A program made the position numbers and the translations under genes. The notes under the pieces were generated by a model, which worked only from the letters and a program-made list of their open reading frames with translations, searched no databases and was not told where the DNA came from. A stretch of 64,000 bases of DNA from an uncultured Aliarcobacter sp. Lineage in GTDB: Bacteria > Campylobacterota > Campylobacteria > Campylobacterales > Arcobacteraceae. This document shows, in pieces, positions 61,514 to 64,000 of this stretch; the first letter of the stretch is position 1; each line of letters starts with the position of its first letter. The DNA lies in NCBI GenBank assembly GCA_963677435.1, contig OY781945.1:128001-192000 (forward strand), in the 5' to 3' direction.

Positions 61514-61543
61514 ATTTTATTTATTTTGTGTGGAGTTAGTGTG
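61514..61543 (-). promoter_or_regulatory. candidate CrdR box plus -10 for the crdA operon
   Basis: minus strand CACAC-N6-CACAC (11-bp period) then TAAAAT. Confidence 0.55.
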
Positions 61544-61547
61544 CAGA

Positions 61548-62705
61548 TTACTTAAAATTTAGTGTAAAGATTGTACCTTTATTTATTTGTGATTCTATAT
61601 TGATTTTTATATTATAAATTTTACAAATTTTATTTACAATATTTAAACCAATTCCAAAACCACCTTGTTCTTGTGTTGCTCTATAATATCTGTTATAAAT
61701 ATCCTCTATTTTATCTTTTTCAATTCCTATTCCCGTATCAGATATTGTTAATATATTATTTTGAAGTATTACATCTATCGTTCCAGCAATTTTATTGTAT
61801 TTTATTGCATTTGAAATTAGATTGTTAAATATTCTAATAAAATCATCTTTATTTATTTTATAAAAGGTATCTTCTATATTTTTATTTAAAGTAATTCGTT
61901 TTTTTGATGATAATAACTCTAAATATTCTAATTGTTCATTTATCAAATCTTTTAAATTAAATTCTTGAATATTTTTTATTGTTTCTCTATCTTCTAAAAA
62001 TAGATAAGTTAAATCATTGTAGATTTCAGAGACTCGTTTTGCACTTATTTTTATTCTTTCAATCTGTTTTTCAGTGAGGTTTTTATTTTCAGTTGACATT
62101 AAAATAGCACTAATTGGAGTATTTAATTCGTGGGTTGTATCTTTAATGAAGTTATTTAACTTCTCTCGTTCTTCTTTTATAGGCTTTAAAAAAAGTTTTG
62201 CTAAATAAAATCCAATAATTGCAATAATTAAATAAATAGCAAAAAATACACTAATTATATTTAATTTTAATTCATCAATTTTTTTAAAATACATATTCTC
62301 TTTTAATGCAATATAATAGATATCTAAATGACCTAAAACTGAATCATCTACTAAAATAAAACTATTTTTTGTTTCAATAATTTTTTTCGTAAAATCTATA
62401 TTTTCATCAAGATTTCCAAATATTTTATTTTGATTTTTATCATAAAAAGATATTTTATAATCTTTTTTATCTAAGAGTTTTTGCTTATTAAATTCACTTC
62501 CTCTCATGTGAGAAAGTATAATTTCTGAGGAGATTTTTGAGACTTCATTTTGCATATTTGATTTAGTTAAATCATAATACAAAATTTTTTCATTTTGATA
62601 ATAAAGAATAGTAATAAGTACCATTAAAATAAATGATGCACCTAAATATAAAGATAAAAATCTAAAAAAAGTACTCTTTTCACTTCTTGTTAAATCTATA
62701 ACCAA
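61548..62705 (-). CDS. sensor histidine kinase (CrdS-like)
   Basis: two TM, THELNTP H-box, NLISNAIKY, DTGIGI, GGFGIGL. Confidence 0.92.
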   Translation of the reverse strand: MVIDLTRSEKSTFFRFLSLYLGASFILMVLITILYYQNEKILYYDLTKSNMQNEVSKISSEIILSHMRGSEFNKQKLLDKKDYKISFYDKNQNKIFGNLDENIDFTKKIIETKNSFILVDDSVLGHLDIYYIALKENMYFKKIDELKLNIISVFFAIYLIIAIIGFYLAKLFLKPIKEEREKLNNFIKDTTHELNTPISAILMSTENKNLTEKQIERIKISAKRVSEIYNDLTYLFLEDRETIKNIQEFNLKDLINEQLEYLELLSSKKRITLNKNIEDTFYKINKDDFIRIFNNLISNAIKYNKIAGTIDVILQNNILTISDTGIGIEKDKIEDIYNRYYRATQEQGGFGIGLNIVNKICKIYNIKINIESQINKGTIFTLNFK

Positions 62706-63342
62706 CTCCTCTTAAATTTATTATATATTCATCCCCTAAATATTTTCTAAGATTTTTAATGTATGTTCTAATTGTTGATGAAAGAGGAGCATCTTCATAC
62801 GCCCAAACATTAAGACTAAGCTCTTCAATACTTACAGTTTTGGCACTATTATTTATCAAATATTCTAAAACTTCGCACTCTTTTTTAGCTATATGTATCT
62901 TATTTTGTTCTTTTTTAATAAAAAGATTTTTTTTGTCTAAATATATATCTTTTGATATTTGTATTAAATTTTCATTTTCAATATTAAATAATCTTTTAAT
63001 ATTATTTATTCTTATATCTAATTCTTTTAATTCGAAGGGTTTTTTTATGTAGTCATCACAACCAGATTTAAAACCTTTTTCTATATCATCTACTTGATTT
63101 AGAGAGGTTAAAAATATGGCTGGTGTAAGAATCTCTTTGAGTCTTAAATCTTTTAATAGTTCAAAGCCATTTAATAAAGGAACATTTACATCTAAAAGTA
63201 ATAAATCAAATTTTTTGCTGTAAAGCAAATCTTGTGCGTCAAAACCTGTAAAAACAGTTGTTATCTCGTGGTTTTGTGAAATTAAATGTTCTTCAATAAT
63301 TTCACTAAGTATTAAATCATCTTCTAATAATAATATTTTCAT
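62680..63342 (-). CDS. OmpR-family response regulator (CrdR-like)
   Basis: LLEDD, LLDVNVP, DDYIKKPF, IRTYIKNLR, RGVGY. Confidence 0.93.
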   Translation of the reverse strand: MKILLLEDDLILSEIIEEHLISQNHEITTVFTGFDAQDLLYSKKFDLLLLDVNVPLLNGFELLKDLRLKEILTPAIFLTSLNQVDDIEKGFKSGCDDYIKKPFELKELDIRINNIKRLFNIENENLIQISKDIYLDKKNLFIKKEQNKIHIAKKECEVLEYLINNSAKTVSIEELSLNVWAYEDAPLSSTIRTYIKNLRKYLGDEYIINLRGVGYRFNKK

Positions 63343-63445
63343 AATAATCCTTGAAAAATTATATCATAAAAGAAATATCATTTCTGATTGTGTTAAGTTG
63401 TATAAAAAGGAAGTAGGGCTTTAAAAAACCACTACTTATCTTAAA

Positions 63446-63712
63446 TTAGAATTGTCTTCTTGGTCTTTCTTCTCTAGGTTTAGCTTCATTAACTCTTAAA
63501 GTTCTACCTTCGCTCTCATTACCATTTAAAGCTTCGATTGCTTTAGTACCAGCTGATGAATCTTCCATTTCAATAAAACCAAAACCTTTTGATTTTCCTG
63601 TTTCTCTATCCATAATAACTTTTGCACTTTTTACTGCACCAAACTTTAAGAAAAGTTCTTCTAAATCTTTATCATTTGTTCTATATGATAAATTTCCTAC
63701 GTAAATATTCAT
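63446..63712 (-). CDS. RRM-domain RNA-binding protein
   Basis: RNP2 IYVGNL, RNP1 KGFGFIEM, LRVNEAKPR. Confidence 0.93.
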   Translation of the reverse strand: MNIYVGNLSYRTNDKDLEELFLKFGAVKSAKVIMDRETGKSKGFGFIEMEDSSAGTKAIEALNGNESEGRTLRVNEAKPREERPRRQF

Positions 63713-63765
63713 CTATTTTGTCCTTTGTAAATGTATAGCTATTATGCCAGATTATTTTTAAATAA

Positions 63766-64000
63766 TCAAGTATTTTGAAAATTTCTTTTAAGAGCTTCTT
63801 TTAACCTTGTAGAAACCTCACCAAAACCTAATATAGAGATGATATCGTACACTGATGGCGCTTGAGTTCCACCAGTTAGTGCTATTCTAATTGGCTGAAA
63901 TAATTGAGGAAATTTTAATCCATTTTGCTCAATAAATGGTTTTGTAATTGCTTCAACATTTTCCACATTGTATAACTCATCTTTATTTTTTTCTAATAGC
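63766..64000 (-). CDS. gltX: glutamate--tRNA ligase, C-terminal part (runs off the window)
   Basis: LFQPIRIALTGG..PSV..I..LG..E...RL anticodon-binding domain. Confidence 0.8.
   Translation of the reverse strand, partial: LLEKNKDELYNVENVEAITKPFIEQNGLKFPQLFQPIRIALTGGTQAPSVYDIISILGFGEVSTRLKEALKRNFQNT

Overview
AT-rich bacterial chromosome segment, most likely Campylobacterota/Arcobacteraceae. This is inferred from fused ispDF next to an HP1021-type regulator, mqnP, tRNA-Arg(UCG) and crdA-type copper genes. A housekeeping backbone (ribA, ilvE, hisIE, mrp, thiC, ispDF, pgpA, carA, purA, hisZ, purM, coaE, dapF, purT, miaA, rpmE, rsmI, rlmB, hom, partial gltX) is interrupted by three accessory blocks. 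(1) 18.3-23.8 kb: a MarR/YceI/pirin/FMN-reductase/dioxygenase/GAPDH-like stress cluster with a 664-bp yceI duplication, a remnant of a deleted marR copy and a palindromic operator. (2) 28.8-45.8 kb: a 14-gene minus-strand type IV filament-like locus with a lipoprotein secretin, PilC-like platform and PilB/GspE ATPase. Its pilin-like proteins have no class III leader, four paralogues carry a pilin-like head behind a Sec signal (two fused to RCC1-like propellers), and no prepilin peptidase or PilT is visible. This is the best candidate for an undescribed system. (3) 54.8-63.3 kb: a crdRS-crdA-TolC-cusB-cusA copper efflux operon ending in yceI and a secreted Cys/Met-rich GKCG-repeat peptide that resembles MNIO-modified RiPP precursors but has no maturase in the window. 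All calls come from reading the sequence and motifs by eye; no searches were run.
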